From sequence record LT603033.1: DNA of 64,000 bases. One strand, written 5' to 3'. The notes under the pieces were generated by a model, which saw only the letters and a program-made list of their open reading frames with translations, did no database searches and had not been told where the DNA came from. The first letter of the stretch is position 1. Each line of letters begins with the position of its first letter. Position numbers and translations under genes: made by a program. This document shows positions 31,778-41,342 of this stretch, piece by piece.

Positions 31778-31805
31778 TTGACATAAGATATCAGTACTGT
31801 ATAAT
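31778..31805 (+). promoter_or_regulatory. sigma70-type promoter with AGTACT in spacer
   Basis: TTGACA-taagatatcagtactg-TATAAT. Confidence 0.8.
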
Positions 31806-31850
31806 GTTTATATCAAACGAAATCCACTTTAACAAATGATAGGAAATATT

Positions 31851-32129
31851 ATGTCTTTTTCTAAAGAAGAACGTGACCTTATTAAAAAAGCAATCTGGTT
31901 TTATGCTAATGAAGGGAAGTGCGATGAAGAAAAAGCACGTGAACTGTGTAATATCTTTGAGAAGAAACAAGATCTAAAAGTGTATCGTATCCGTGATTTG
32001 GATGAAGGGGATCGTATTGTCCTAGCTGAAACAAAAGAAGAAGCAGAACAAATCTTCACTGATAAAAACGAAAATCCACATTGGATGGAAGAAGTCTGTG
32101 ATGTTAAAAAAGGTACTTATATCGATTGA
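31851..32129 (+). CDS. hypothetical protein
   Basis: AGGA RBS. Confidence 0.7.
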   Translation: MSFSKEERDLIKKAIWFYANEGKCDEEKARELCNIFEKKQDLKVYRIRDLDEGDRIVLAETKEEAEQIFTDKNENPHWMEEVCDVKKGTYID

Positions 32130-32163
32130 CAGTACTGAATAATAGCAGTATTATGTTTTATAT

Positions 32164-32228
32164 AAAAGGGAATGCAGTGAAAGGAAAGACAGCATAATCG
32201 TACTCGTCACTGCGTTCCCGCCCTTTTA
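32164..32228 (+). ncRNA. candidate 65-nt hairpin sRNA or attenuator
   Basis: GGGAATGCAGTGA/TCACTGCGTTCCC stem and T-tract just after promoter TTGACA 32126..TATTAT 32149. Confidence 0.45.
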
Positions 32229-32248
32229 AATTAAATGAGGAATTAACT

Positions 32249-32557
32249 ATGTTTCAAACTAACACTCAAGGTTTTGTAATCATCGATTTGAATCAAAACA
32301 GCGGTTATTGGATGAAACCTACTGACGCATGTATGCAGTTTGATTTTTTAGGTTACAGGATTAGTGTAAGTACTGGTGCTTCTGTACTGAGAGGTGGTTG
32401 TATCGTTGAACATCTGGTAACTGATCCAGAAGGTCGTGAGTATGAAATCGCAGGTTCAGTACAAGATGCCATTATGTTTGTATGTCAGCGTGAAATGAAT
32501 GGTTCGAATTCAAATGCACTGACTCATGCTCTTTCTCAAGAAGTGGAGGTTCGTTAA
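32249..32557 (+). CDS. hypothetical protein
   Basis: GAGGA RBS. Confidence 0.72.
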   Translation: MFQTNTQGFVIIDLNQNSGYWMKPTDACMQFDFLGYRISVSTGASVLRGGCIVEHLVTDPEGREYEIAGSVQDAIMFVCQREMNGSNSNALTHALSQEVEVR

Positions 32558-32802
32558 TGAAATACATTGTAGCAGTACTCGTCGCATTTCTACTCACTGC
32601 ATGTGATGCTTCTACCAAAGAACGTACAAGTGATTTTGTTCTACCTGCTGAATTAAAAGAAGCAGGGTGTAAGATTTATCGTATGCAACAAGATGGTGCT
32701 GGTGCAACTTTATACACTGTGTACTGTCCTAATGCAAATACAAGTACTGGATACACTAGCGGTAAAACACGAATCAACACTTCCGTAATTCATGGAGAAT
32801 AA
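32557..32802 (+). CDS. lipoprotein
   Basis: Signal peptide with lipobox LTAC. Confidence 0.75.
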   Translation: MKYIVAVLVAFLLTACDASTKERTSDFVLPAELKEAGCKIYRMQQDGAGATLYTVYCPNANTSTGYTSGKTRINTSVIHGE

Positions 32803-32804
32803 CA

Positions 32805-33173
32805 ATGAGCCTTGATACAACACGTGCAGCAGATTTATTAACTCGTCTGAATGATGAAGAATATCTTGCTGAGATAAAGTACAAGCTTGACAAACTTGTT
32901 CGAAGTGCTGAAGTAATTGAAGTTGAAGGTCACTTACCGATGGATCAATACCATAGGTTCAAGGAAGATATGGTTTATTATCCTAATGAAATTTGGATTG
33001 AGTGGCAACATTGGACTAACAAAACTCTTCGCATTGAAGGGTATTGTGTGAAGTATGAAAGTTCACCTGGTGATGTTACAAAAACTCTATCAATTTGGTG
33101 TACAAAAACAAATGAACTCGTTGAGGTGAATTTGAATTATATGAATGGATTCCGTTGGGGTGATGTTAAATGA
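32805..33173 (+). CDS. hypothetical protein
   Basis: GGAG RBS. Confidence 0.7.
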   Translation: MSLDTTRAADLLTRLNDEEYLAEIKYKLDKLVRSAEVIEVEGHLPMDQYHRFKEDMVYYPNEIWIEWQHWTNKTLRIEGYCVKYESSPGDVTKTLSIWCTKTNELVEVNLNYMNGFRWGDVK

Positions 33174-33445
33174 TTAAAAAACTCTTGACTGGAATCATTG
33201 TGTGCAGTACAATGTTTCTTACAGCATGTAATGATGACGGCAGGTTTAGTGCAAAAGACTTAGTTCGTCAGGATTGTACATTCACAGGTAAGTCTTTTAT
33301 TAACGAGTATGAAATATGTACACAATCAGGTCGTATCTGTGGTGGTTGGGAAAAACGTCAGGAGCGATTGTATGTATATGAATGCCCTGGACATCACAAC
33401 AAAGTACTAAGCACACACAAACTTGTTTATGATAAGGTTGAATAA
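33170..33445 (+). CDS. Cys-rich lipoprotein
   Basis: Lipobox LTAC; several further Cys. Confidence 0.72.
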   Translation: MIKKLLTGIIVCSTMFLTACNDDGRFSAKDLVRQDCTFTGKSFINEYEICTQSGRICGGWEKRQERLYVYECPGHHNKVLSTHKLVYDKVE

Positions 33446-33660
33446 TGACTACCAATGAAATGATGCAGGTTATTTGGGATAAAGGTTGTGATATTAAAAT
33501 CACTAGTACTGATGTTCGTGTATTCAAAACTGAATATATGGAGTACTTGGACCTTGATACTTATAATAATATTGTATCAATTGAACACAAAGGTGCAGTA
33601 CTGGAAACCATTGACGTAGTACTCAAGAAAGCTACCGACCTATTAGGAGTGGCAGTGTGA
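33445..33660 (+). CDS. hypothetical protein
   Basis: Coupled ATG ORF. Confidence 0.65.
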   Translation: MTTNEMMQVIWDKGCDIKITSTDVRVFKTEYMEYLDLDTYNNIVSIEHKGAVLETIDVVLKKATDLLGVAV

Positions 33661-33813
33661 ATAACAAAGAGTGGGAAGATTACCGCAAGAAGTGCAGGGA
33701 GTTTGATAAAGAACTTACTGGTACAGTGAATGCAGTAATGTGGGTATCTGTAATTATTGCAGTTCTTGCGTTGGGTGCTATTATTATTAATAAATTATTC
33801 TAAGGCGAATATC

Positions 33814-34014
33814 ATGTTTACTTTATATCTCGCAGTAGTTCTCACCAATGGTGAAATCACTCGTACTATTGGTGAAGGTGTATATAAAACACCAGACCAG
33901 TGCTACTCTGCCACTCATTGGCCTCGCGATAGTGGGGATGAAACTCGCACTGAATTCAAATGCATGAAAGTAAAAGGTGATTTTGTTAACCTTAAGGTTA
34001 TCGAGGCGAAATAA
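33814..34014 (+). CDS. small two-Cys hypothetical protein
   Basis: Start corrected to ATG after AAGG. Confidence 0.62.
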   Translation: MFTLYLAVVLTNGEITRTIGEGVYKTPDQCYSATHWPRDSGDETRTEFKCMKVKGDFVNLKVIEAK

Positions 34015-34532
34015 TGGATATTAATGAGTTGTTGAAATTAGTGTTTAATCGTGAACGCCGCGATACAAGACCAATTGAATATCAAGATGTGATACGCATT
34101 GAAACTGATTTCTGTTATGGTAAAACAACTCATGACCTTTTGAATCTCTCTGGAAAACGCTATGCTGATGTTTGTTTTTCAGAGAGAAGTGATGGTTCAG
34201 AAATAACGAGTACTGATATTGTTTGTTACGCACGCAGTGCTGATAAATCTTATGAAATAGAACTTATATATTCCCCTAGTTCTAAAACAAATCATCACCG
34301 CCATATTTTATATGATGTTTACACACCACCTGGTATTGCTGAATATTTTGTTATTGATTATAGTACTGAAGAAAATGTGTTTCAACAAAGTTTGATTCAT
34401 AACTTTGAGGTGAATGATCCATTAGTACCAAAGTTGTTCAAACTACTTGACACCATAGATGTTGATTTTGAATTTGTTATGTGCATTAGAACTTCTTTAT
34501 TCAATGAATTCATGGAACTTTTTAATATATGA
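34014..34532 (+). CDS. FQ-motif family protein
   Basis: TEENVFQQSLIHNF. Confidence 0.75.
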   Translation: MDINELLKLVFNRERRDTRPIEYQDVIRIETDFCYGKTTHDLLNLSGKRYADVCFSERSDGSEITSTDIVCYARSADKSYEIELIYSPSSKTNHHRHILYDVYTPPGIAEYFVIDYSTEENVFQQSLIHNFEVNDPLVPKLFKLLDTIDVDFEFVMCIRTSLFNEFMELFNI

Positions 34533-34750
34533 ATAGATACTATGTTGTGTATGAACACGTCTCTGAATTTAATAACATACGCGGGTTTTCCAGAGTAGTC
34601 ACCAAGATGGATGTATTCATTCGTGCTCTTAGTGAAGTAGATGCACTGTTTAAATTGTTTGATGAAATTACAAAGTATAACACACCCAAAACACACCGCT
34701 ATGTGGAAACTGTACATAGCATTATACTAACTGAAAGTGATGAGGAATGA
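34529..34750 (+). CDS. small hypothetical protein
   Basis: Coupled; IRALSEVDA motif. Confidence 0.65.
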   Translation: MNRYYVVYEHVSEFNNIRGFSRVVTKMDVFIRALSEVDALFKLFDEITKYNTPKTHRYVETVHSIILTESDEE

Positions 34751-34753
34751 TAA

Positions 34754-34972
34754 ATGAATTTATATCTAGTTGAAGGTTTAGTACAAGTCTATAAACCAGA
34801 AGGTGAAGGTCTACGTTTTTCACACGTAGAAGAATTTAAGTACGTTGTACAGGCTGATGGTCAGTACGATGCGGAAATTCAAGTAGATGAATCATTCCGT
34901 AAGAAAAATGAAATTGGTAAATTTCAATACCAGAACTTACAATACAAAGTATGGCCTAGTATAAATGACTAA
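34754..34972 (+). CDS. small hypothetical protein
   Basis: GAGGA RBS; VQADGQYDA motif. Confidence 0.65.
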   Translation: MNLYLVEGLVQVYKPEGEGLRFSHVEEFKYVVQADGQYDAEIQVDESFRKKNEIGKFQYQNLQYKVWPSIND

Positions 34973-35180
34973 GATGTGGTGGTGTCATGGTGTATATAAC
35001 GTGTATGTAAATGGTAGATATAAAATGTCTAGTACCTATGCAAGACGTGTTAATGCGAACAACCAAGTTGATGCTGCTTGTGAGATCATTGAGTGGTATG
35101 CTGAGTTCAATGCACCTGACTATATGTACGAAATAGTTACAATAAATGTTGTACAAATCGATACATCTTTGATACAATAA
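34965..35180 (+). CDS. small hypothetical protein
   Basis: Coupled; VNANNQVDA motif. Confidence 0.62.
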   Translation: MTKMWWCHGVYNVYVNGRYKMSSTYARRVNANNQVDAACEIIEWYAEFNAPDYMYEIVTINVVQIDTSLIQ

Positions 35181-35287
35181 CCACATCAAAAAAATTGCAT
35201 CTGAGGATACTTATGTTAGTTAATCTTAATTTCATCACTTCACCTGACTGGGCATTACGTGGAGTTTCTTTAAACTTCAAGGAAACT

Positions 35288-35875
35288 ATGTTTGACTACA
35301 TTGGTGAGTGTACATTGGTAAATGCAACTTTTGATCCAAATCATCCGTTTTGGGCTGAAATTCATGATCCAAATGTAAACAACAATACATCTGTTATGAC
35401 TATTGTCCAGACTAAACATGCAGGTATCCTTGCAGGTTATCGACCTGCACATGCAATTGAACACTTCACTGATTACGATGTCGTGGATGAATACCCAATG
35501 ATCCATGAAGATGGAAGTCTATACACATCTGAAGACTTCCGTGCTATCTTTAATAGTACTGATGATATTCTACCAAGTGGACGTCCACGTCCTGAGTCTT
35601 ATCTTATGCATTCATCTTATGGTGTAGCAGATACGCTTGAACAGATTATGAAGAAGTACAAGAACCTAATTGAAGGTCCAGAAGAAATTGTCTTGTGCTA
35701 TCACCCAGTACTGAAGTCTGAACAACCAAAGGATGGTGGATGGCGTTGGCATAAGAATGGTGAGTATATCGGTACTAAACGAAGTAAAGAACGTTTTGAG
35801 TACTTGTATGATGAGCCAGATGTTGATGTGGTTTTGTGTTATAATTTTATTAAGGTGAAAAAGAAATGTATCTAG
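35288..35875 (+). CDS. phage hypothetical protein with GWRWHKxGEYIG motif
   Basis: Motif recurrent in phage hypotheticals; start corrected to ATG after AAGGA. Confidence 0.75.
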   Translation: MFDYIGECTLVNATFDPNHPFWAEIHDPNVNNNTSVMTIVQTKHAGILAGYRPAHAIEHFTDYDVVDEYPMIHEDGSLYTSEDFRAIFNSTDDILPSGRPRPESYLMHSSYGVADTLEQIMKKYKNLIEGPEEIVLCYHPVLKSEQPKDGGWRWHKNGEYIGTKRSKERFEYLYDEPDVDVVLCYNFIKVKKKCI

Positions 35876-36108
35876 TACTAAGTTTTGTTGTTGCACTATT
35901 GTTTATGTTCTATCCTACACTAGTGGCATTAGCCACTAGGCGAACGATGGTAGATCTCACTACTGTATTCTTGCTAAACGTGGCATTAGTACTGGTGTCT
36001 ATTATCATTCCAGTGAGCTTTACAGTTATTGATATTATTTCGGTATTACTCTTCGTGTTAAGTTATCTTATGCTTATTGAAGAAACAAATGTTGACAAAC
36101 GTTCGTAG
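35866..36108 (+). CDS. small membrane protein
   Basis: Three hydrophobic segments. Confidence 0.65.
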   Translation: MYLVLSFVVALLFMFYPTLVALATRRTMVDLTTVFLLNVALVLVSIIIPVSFTVIDIISVLLFVLSYLMLIEETNVDKRS

Positions 36109-36119
36109 TACTGTATAAT
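36092..36119 (+). promoter_or_regulatory. sigma70-type promoter with AGTACT in spacer
   Basis: TTGACA-aacgttcgtagtactg-TATAAT. Confidence 0.8.
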
Positions 36120-36166
36120 GGTTCCTGTAGTCTGAAACTTAACACTTAAACTTGAGGTAAAAAAAT

Positions 36167-36493
36167 ATGCTATCAGTACTAATTTCAATTCCGTCTTTAA
36201 TTCTGATTTGGCTTCTGGTTTACGAATGCTTCATTACTGATGATAATGATAAAAAAGAGTTCTCTGAGTTGTTTATGCTTGATTCACCGATTGTGCGTAT
36301 TTTCTATGCAGTCGTTGTGGTTTCAGTAATTGTATGGGTTTTGAGTTTTATCTTCCCACTCGGTGCAGTAGTTAAAACTTTGGATTTAGTTGAGAACTTT
36401 GTTGCAATTATGTGGCTAATCAAAGCACTATTTGCAGGAAATGTTAAAATTTGGATTGATATTATCAAATTCAAGTTCACGAATAAGATGTAA
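36167..36493 (+). CDS. membrane protein
   Basis: GAGG RBS; three hydrophobic segments. Confidence 0.7.
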   Translation: MLSVLISIPSLILIWLLVYECFITDDNDKKEFSELFMLDSPIVRIFYAVVVVSVIVWVLSFIFPLGAVVKTLDLVENFVAIMWLIKALFAGNVKIWIDIIKFKFTNKM

Positions 36494-36571
36494 CAGTGAA
36501 AATATCTCTATAGTATTAAATACTTCTGTACATATATATAGTACAGAAGTATTTCTCGTTAGAGGTTTGTT

Positions 36572-36931
36572 ATGAAGAGTTATATAAAATTAATAGCACT
36601 TGTGTGTGCATTATTTTCATGTTTTAGTTATGGTGCAGCAGCAGAAACATATTGTCGTAGTACTAAGGGAACGTGGCATGTATTGACTAACGACCCTAGA
36701 AATGGTAAAAATATAGTTGTTGATGGTGTGATTTATCGTTTTAAAGTAGAAAGTATTATCGGTAATAAAAAAATCTCGACTTATAGAGATGATTCTGGTA
36801 CATTAGCAAACGTAATATTAATTGTAGACCCAAGAACTGGTAATGGTGATATCTATATAGTAATTTACTTGGACTCATCGGTACGCCGTGACCTAGATAT
36901 AGATAAATTGAACTTACACTGTGAAATATAG
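36572..36931 (+). CDS. exported two-Cys protein
   Basis: Signal peptide; ETYC ... LHC. Confidence 0.7.
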   Translation: MKSYIKLIALVCALFSCFSYGAAAETYCRSTKGTWHVLTNDPRNGKNIVVDGVIYRFKVESIIGNKKISTYRDDSGTLANVILIVDPRTGNGDIYIVIYLDSSVRRDLDIDKLNLHCEI

Positions 36932-36941
36932 GACTTAAAAA

Positions 36942-37319
36942 ATGGTAAACACTATTTTACTTTTGTTGTTGAATATTCCAATTATTCTGTCTTTTTTAAT
37001 TTCTATTTTTATGGCAGGATATTGTTTAGTTGCAGTAATTCATTTCATTTTAACAAACAAATATGTCCTAATTTCTAAGCTTGATTCTATTTTTGCTTGC
37101 GATTCGATTGCTTATAACTTGTGGTTAATTTGTTCTTGCATTATGGGAGTAACTTTCCTTCTGTATGTATTTGATGTCCTTGACCAAAAGTTCGTATACA
37201 TCAGTACTGGATTGGCTCTTTATCCTGCTACGTGGTACTTGATTTACGTTGGTGATATATGGTATAGTACTTATAAAGAATATCAGTACAAGAAATCACT
37301 TAACGTTGGAGGAAAATAA
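36942..37319 (+). CDS. multi-pass membrane protein
   Basis: Three hydrophobic segments. Confidence 0.7.
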   Translation: MVNTILLLLLNIPIILSFLISIFMAGYCLVAVIHFILTNKYVLISKLDSIFACDSIAYNLWLICSCIMGVTFLLYVFDVLDQKFVYISTGLALYPATWYLIYVGDIWYSTYKEYQYKKSLNVGGK

Positions 37320-37321
37320 TC

Positions 37322-37672
37322 ATGAAAATTATTTTATTTTTTGTATGTATGTTAATGTGTGGATTGTCATATGCTGAACCATTGGAAGGTTTAGTTTGTA
37401 CAGATGGTAATATTAAACATATCTATCAAGGTGATAGTGACAATCGAGATATTGTATATATTGATGGACAATCATATACGTTTGTTAAAGAGCATACAGT
37501 AGGCGACATTAGCTTCACTGAGTTTTCTAACGACACAGACCCTAACTTCTTAGCGTTTATTGAAGTAGATGTATATGAAGATAGTAATGGCACACAATAT
37601 GCTAAATTAGTTATGATGCGTCGTGGTGCTAAAGAAACTAGTTTTGGTGGCTTGTGTAAATATAAGGATTGA
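37322..37672 (+). CDS. exported two-Cys protein
   Basis: Signal peptide ending SYA; LVC ... GLC. Confidence 0.7.
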   Translation: MKIILFFVCMLMCGLSYAEPLEGLVCTDGNIKHIYQGDSDNRDIVYIDGQSYTFVKEHTVGDISFTEFSNDTDPNFLAFIEVDVYEDSNGTQYAKLVMMRRGAKETSFGGLCKYKD

Positions 37673-37676
37673 TATT

Positions 37677-37868
37677 ATGTTGATTTATCAAAGTGATAAT
37701 ATTCGTGTTATGCAGCATCCCTACTTACAAATCTTTGATGTGCAGCAGTATATGGAAGGTGATGACCCAAGAACCTATGGTCGTAAGTATGATTACTTCA
37801 CTGTAAAGCAGTGTAAAAATATTAACGAAGTACGACAATTAGTTCAAGAACTTCAAAACAAAGGTTGA
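37677..37868 (+). CDS. hypothetical protein
   Basis: AAGGA RBS; start corrected. Confidence 0.65.
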   Translation: MLIYQSDNIRVMQHPYLQIFDVQQYMEGDDPRTYGRKYDYFTVKQCKNINEVRQLVQELQNKG

Positions 37869-37894
37869 CTTCGGTCAGCCTTTTTTGTTATAAT
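37860..37894 (+). repeat. terminator-promoter hybrid repeat, copy 1
   Basis: AAAGGTTGAC-TTCG-GTCAGCCTTT, TTGACT-N18-TATAAT. Confidence 0.85.
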
Positions 37895-37922
37895 TCTCTT
37901 AATAAATTAGAGGATTTTAATT

Positions 37923-38363
37923 ATGTATGTATATCGTTTTGAACTTAAATTTAGTTACATTGAACCTAACTTAGATCCTGCACGAACTGTAGGTCCGTTT
38001 GCACGGTATTCAACCAGATACAGTACTAAAAATGGATTTGACCGTTTGCTTATGACTACACCTTCTCAATTCCAACCTGAACCAACTGAGGATGGGATCT
38101 ATTCAATCAAAAGTGGATGGGTATTTGGCTGTCAAAGTTTGAAAGATTTGTTCAGATTCTTCACTATGGACTTGGGTAAATTGCATCGTGCTGGGTTTGC
38201 TATATCTGTATATGAAGTTCCAGACCACCATGTAGACATTGGTCGTAATCAGGTTCAGTACTATTGCGGTAGTGCTAAATTAGTTCGTATCATGTCAGTT
38301 AAGGAAGCAAAGGATGAGTTCCGACAAAGTAAAAGAGAAACACATGAGGTAATATATGGATAA
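37923..38363 (+). CDS. phage hypothetical protein
   Basis: GAGGA RBS; WVFGCQS...GFAISVYEV...GRNQV pattern. Confidence 0.75.
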   Translation: MYVYRFELKFSYIEPNLDPARTVGPFARYSTRYSTKNGFDRLLMTTPSQFQPEPTEDGIYSIKSGWVFGCQSLKDLFRFFTMDLGKLHRAGFAISVYEVPDHHVDIGRNQVQYYCGSAKLVRIMSVKEAKDEFRQSKRETHEVIYG

Positions 38364-38700
38364 AACTCAAATAGAATTAAAGAAATTTGTTTCATTCTAT
38401 CTTCCTGATGACCCACGTAATTCACAAAAAGATATTGAATATTATAATATCCTATCTAAACAGTTAATGAGAAAGTTTCAACAGTGTTTAACTATATTCA
38501 ATACAGATGGAAGACGTAGATACCGAATCGTTTCAATGAATGATGAAAACGCAAATTTCTTTGATTACGATGTAGTTTTTAGAGCATATAATGATGATCG
38601 TATAAAATTAAATTATGATCAAATTATACTTGACCTGAATGTTATATGTGTTATAATCACTCACGTAGCCGAACTTAATGGTTTTAAAGAATGGTATTGA
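38356..38700 (+). CDS. hypothetical protein
   Basis: GAGG RBS, coupled. Confidence 0.68.
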   Translation: MDKTQIELKKFVSFYLPDDPRNSQKDIEYYNILSKQLMRKFQQCLTIFNTDGRRRYRIVSMNDENANFFDYDVVFRAYNDDRIKLNYDQIILDLNVICVIITHVAELNGFKEWY

Positions 38701-38714
38701 ATAGAGGATAACAT

Positions 38715-38981
38715 ATGAAGCTTAAATTACAATATAATGGATTTACTTTACGTAATGATACTGAATTTATTAATCGTTCTCCTGGTGCTGAACTGTTTTT
38801 ACGAGAGATGAACATTCCTTTCATCATTACTACAGTGGGCGACCGTGAAGTTTTACAATATGCAGAGCATCCGATTATTGATGTTCCTTGGTACTCTGAG
38901 CATATGTACATGGATATGGCACGTCGCTACAACTGTAAGTTCGTAGTTGAAGGTGATAAAATTACAGTCGAATTTAAATAA
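38715..38981 (+). CDS. hypothetical protein
   Basis: GAGGA RBS. Confidence 0.72.
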   Translation: MKLKLQYNGFTLRNDTEFINRSPGAELFLREMNIPFIITTVGDREVLQYAEHPIIDVPWYSEHMYMDMARRYNCKFVVEGDKITVEFK

Positions 38982-38993
38982 GGTAAATTAAAA

Positions 38994-39287
38994 ATGATCA
39001 GTACTTCAGTTAATGAAAGCATCGTCGCTGACGTAGAAATGGTTAAAGAATGTGCAGATGAAACTCTTCGTGATATGTACATTAATGATTTAATTACTGA
39101 ATACGGTAGTCGTGGTGTACACGAATTTATTCGTTTAAGTGGAGAGTTGATGAAAAATCGAATTCGTATGAAGCTTAACGTACATCCAAAAGCATGGGCA
39201 TTTACATTAAAATACGCAGAAGATATTGTGAATTTGCGTCGAACTGAAGTATATGAACGTTTGCACAATGGTATGTTAGATAAATGA
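38994..39287 (+). CDS. hypothetical protein
   Basis: AAGG RBS; followed by GGAATTC..GAATTCC-T-tract hairpin. Confidence 0.72.
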   Translation: MISTSVNESIVADVEMVKECADETLRDMYINDLITEYGSRGVHEFIRLSGELMKNRIRMKLNVHPKAWAFTLKYAEDIVNLRRTEVYERLHNGMLDK

Positions 39288-39339
39288 TTGTAAAATAGGA
39301 ATTCTTAAATGAATTCCTTTTTGTTTATAAGGTATAGTA

Positions 39340-39561
39340 ATGAAATATATAGTACTTGTACTGATATTATTCAGTACTGTTGTAAGTGCTAAACAAAAAG
39401 AATATATTAAATGTATAAATTATGAAGAGAAATATGTTGAAACATATAAAAAAAGTATAATTAAAAACGTTTCGATTACTAACAGAGCAACAATCATTGT
39501 ACTTAAAAATGGGTTAATTATGCTATATAAACCACACGTTAAATGTGAAATTATTAATTGA
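39340..39561 (+). CDS. exported two-Cys protein
   Basis: Signal peptide ending VSA; YIKC ... VKC. Confidence 0.65.
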   Translation: MKYIVLVLILFSTVVSAKQKEYIKCINYEEKYVETYKKSIIKNVSITNRATIIVLKNGLIMLYKPHVKCEIIN

Positions 39562-39568
39562 GGAAATT

Positions 39569-40141
39569 ATGAATCGTAAAGGTCGTTTTAAAGTATCAAA
39601 AAAGAACAAAAGTTCTAGGTTTAAACCTATTGTTTTAACAGTTAAATCTAACAAAGAATTAACTGCACTTAGTAAAAAGATAATTTCATCTAAGATTGAA
39701 GTATCATACGTAAATTCATTAAAATATATGAATGTCAAACCACTGGACCAACTCATTTCACTTATATTTGAACGTAATGATTTTGAGATATCAGTAGATG
39801 ATTATAGAGCCTATAATGCTGGTTTCATTAATGTTACTTGTAATAAAAAACTAACTGAGTTGGAAAATTTGTCATGTATAATAAATCTAGATAAAGGTGT
39901 TGTGAAGTACCATTTTGTACATTTCACTAATATCAATAATGGAATGGGTGTACAATCCAGACCTATAGTGCCTACGTGTGATGTTACTAAATTAGCAAAG
40001 CTCAATGATGAAGAATATTTTCAAGAAAGCATTGTAACTGAGCATTTAGATGATATAATAGCTACTTACAAAGAATGCATATGGGTGTTGAATGCTATAA
40101 AACCTAAATTGTGTTTAATGAATATTGTTCGTGATTTATGA
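39569..40141 (+). CDS. FQ-motif family protein
   Basis: DEEYFQESIVTEHL; GAGGA RBS. Confidence 0.72.
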   Translation: MNRKGRFKVSKKNKSSRFKPIVLTVKSNKELTALSKKIISSKIEVSYVNSLKYMNVKPLDQLISLIFERNDFEISVDDYRAYNAGFINVTCNKKLTELENLSCIINLDKGVVKYHFVHFTNINNGMGVQSRPIVPTCDVTKLAKLNDEEYFQESIVTEHLDDIIATYKECIWVLNAIKPKLCLMNIVRDL

Positions 40142-40154
40142 ATGGGGAATCGTA

Positions 40155-40598
40155 ATGAGTTGGGTAAATGTTAATAGTATTGAACTTAACGAACAAGATA
40201 TTTTTGCATTTGTAAATTTAACTAATAACACAGTACTAAAAGGGCGTTTGTTCAGTGCTAGTGATGGGTACAAATGGATCTCTTTGATGGATGATAGTGG
40301 TGTGATTTATAATGTAATGCAATTACCCCAATGGGTATATAGTAACACTGCTGACGATGTTCTTACCGCAGTTATGCGTGAGTTTGAAAAACTCCCAGGT
40401 GGTGATATCAAAAACAAAGTTTTTAATGCAGAACGTAAAAATTATACAGCACAGCAGTTGGAATCCCTTGCCATTGCTGCTTATCAAGCTGCTATTAAGA
40501 AGCCAGAGTGCGTTATTCTTAAGTATGTACCAGACTTAAAACTTACGTTGGAAGACATGGATGCATTCATTTTTACATCTGAACTTGGTCAGTACTAA
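40155..40598 (+). CDS. hypothetical protein
   Basis: ATG after GGGGA. Confidence 0.7.
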   Translation: MSWVNVNSIELNEQDIFAFVNLTNNTVLKGRLFSASDGYKWISLMDDSGVIYNVMQLPQWVYSNTADDVLTAVMREFEKLPGGDIKNKVFNAERKNYTAQQLESLAIAAYQAAIKKPECVILKYVPDLKLTLEDMDAFIFTSELGQY

Positions 40599-40669
40599 TT
40601 TAACTTTGGGACAACCATTCTTATTATGATATAATGTTTTATGTCATTCGATATAAATGACAACGGAAC

Positions 40670-40677
40670 TATAAATA
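40670..40677 (+). promoter_or_regulatory. T4-type late promoter candidate
   Basis: TATAAATA upstream of 40714. Confidence 0.55.
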
Positions 40678-40713
40678 TTATAGTAAAATTTATCTCTTAT
40701 AGGAGTTATAAAA

Positions 40714-41097
40714 ATGGTTGATAAATGGAATAAGAAAGATCCATCACATGATGTTGATATTTCTGGTCTAGACAATGCACATAAGCACAAGTATCTAGAT
40801 TCACTAGGTCTTCTAAAACCAGACCAAAGTCTTGCACATGATCGTCCATCCCGTGAAAAAGCATTTAGCCTAGAATCACTAGGTCATGAGCTTAATCGTG
40901 TGTTTGAGGATCACCCAATCTATGTACGTGATATTATCGAGAAACTTAAAGTAACTCCTAAAGAGCACTTTAAAGCAACAGTACACTCTGCATTCCGTGC
41001 ATTGCATGATTCTCTCAAGAAAACTCACAATCTTCGTAAAATTCATGATGAAATCGTGAATGCAATCGAAAGTGAAAAACATAAGTTCAAGAAGTAA
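40714..41097 (+). CDS. putative internal virion protein, paralog of N-terminus of 41343 protein
   Basis: DKW ... YLDSLGLL ... VF..HP..V..I...L...PKE..K shared with 41343; late-type promoter. Confidence 0.6.
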   Translation: MVDKWNKKDPSHDVDISGLDNAHKHKYLDSLGLLKPDQSLAHDRPSREKAFSLESLGHELNRVFEDHPIYVRDIIEKLKVTPKEHFKATVHSAFRALHDSLKKTHNLRKIHDEIVNAIESEKHKFKK

Positions 41098-41100
41098 TAA

Positions 41101-41137
41101 AAAGGGGTTGACTAAGGTCAGCCCTTTGTTGTATCAT
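41101..41137 (+). repeat. terminator-promoter hybrid repeat, copy 2
   Basis: GGGTTGAC-TAAG-GTCAGCCC, TTGACT-N18-TATCAT. Confidence 0.8.
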
Positions 41138-41286
41138 AACTTCTCAATATAACTGAGGTATCATATATGCAAGGTTTGAAATTTGTAGTTGCTGCACTCA
41201 TCGCCGCAGTACTGGTTGGTGGTGTATTCTATGTAGTGGATCAAAAAGTAAATCCACCTGCACAAGAACAATCTAAGTAACAAAAT

Positions 41287-41326
41287 AAGGTTGACTTCGG
41301 TCAGCCTTTTCTTTATACTATAAATA
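41287..41326 (+). repeat. terminator-promoter hybrid repeat, copy 3, with TATAAATA
   Basis: AAGGTTGAC-TTCG-GTCAGCCTT; TATACT 41314 and TATAAATA 41319-41326. Confidence 0.85.
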
Positions 41327-41342
41327 TAGACATAGAGAAAAA

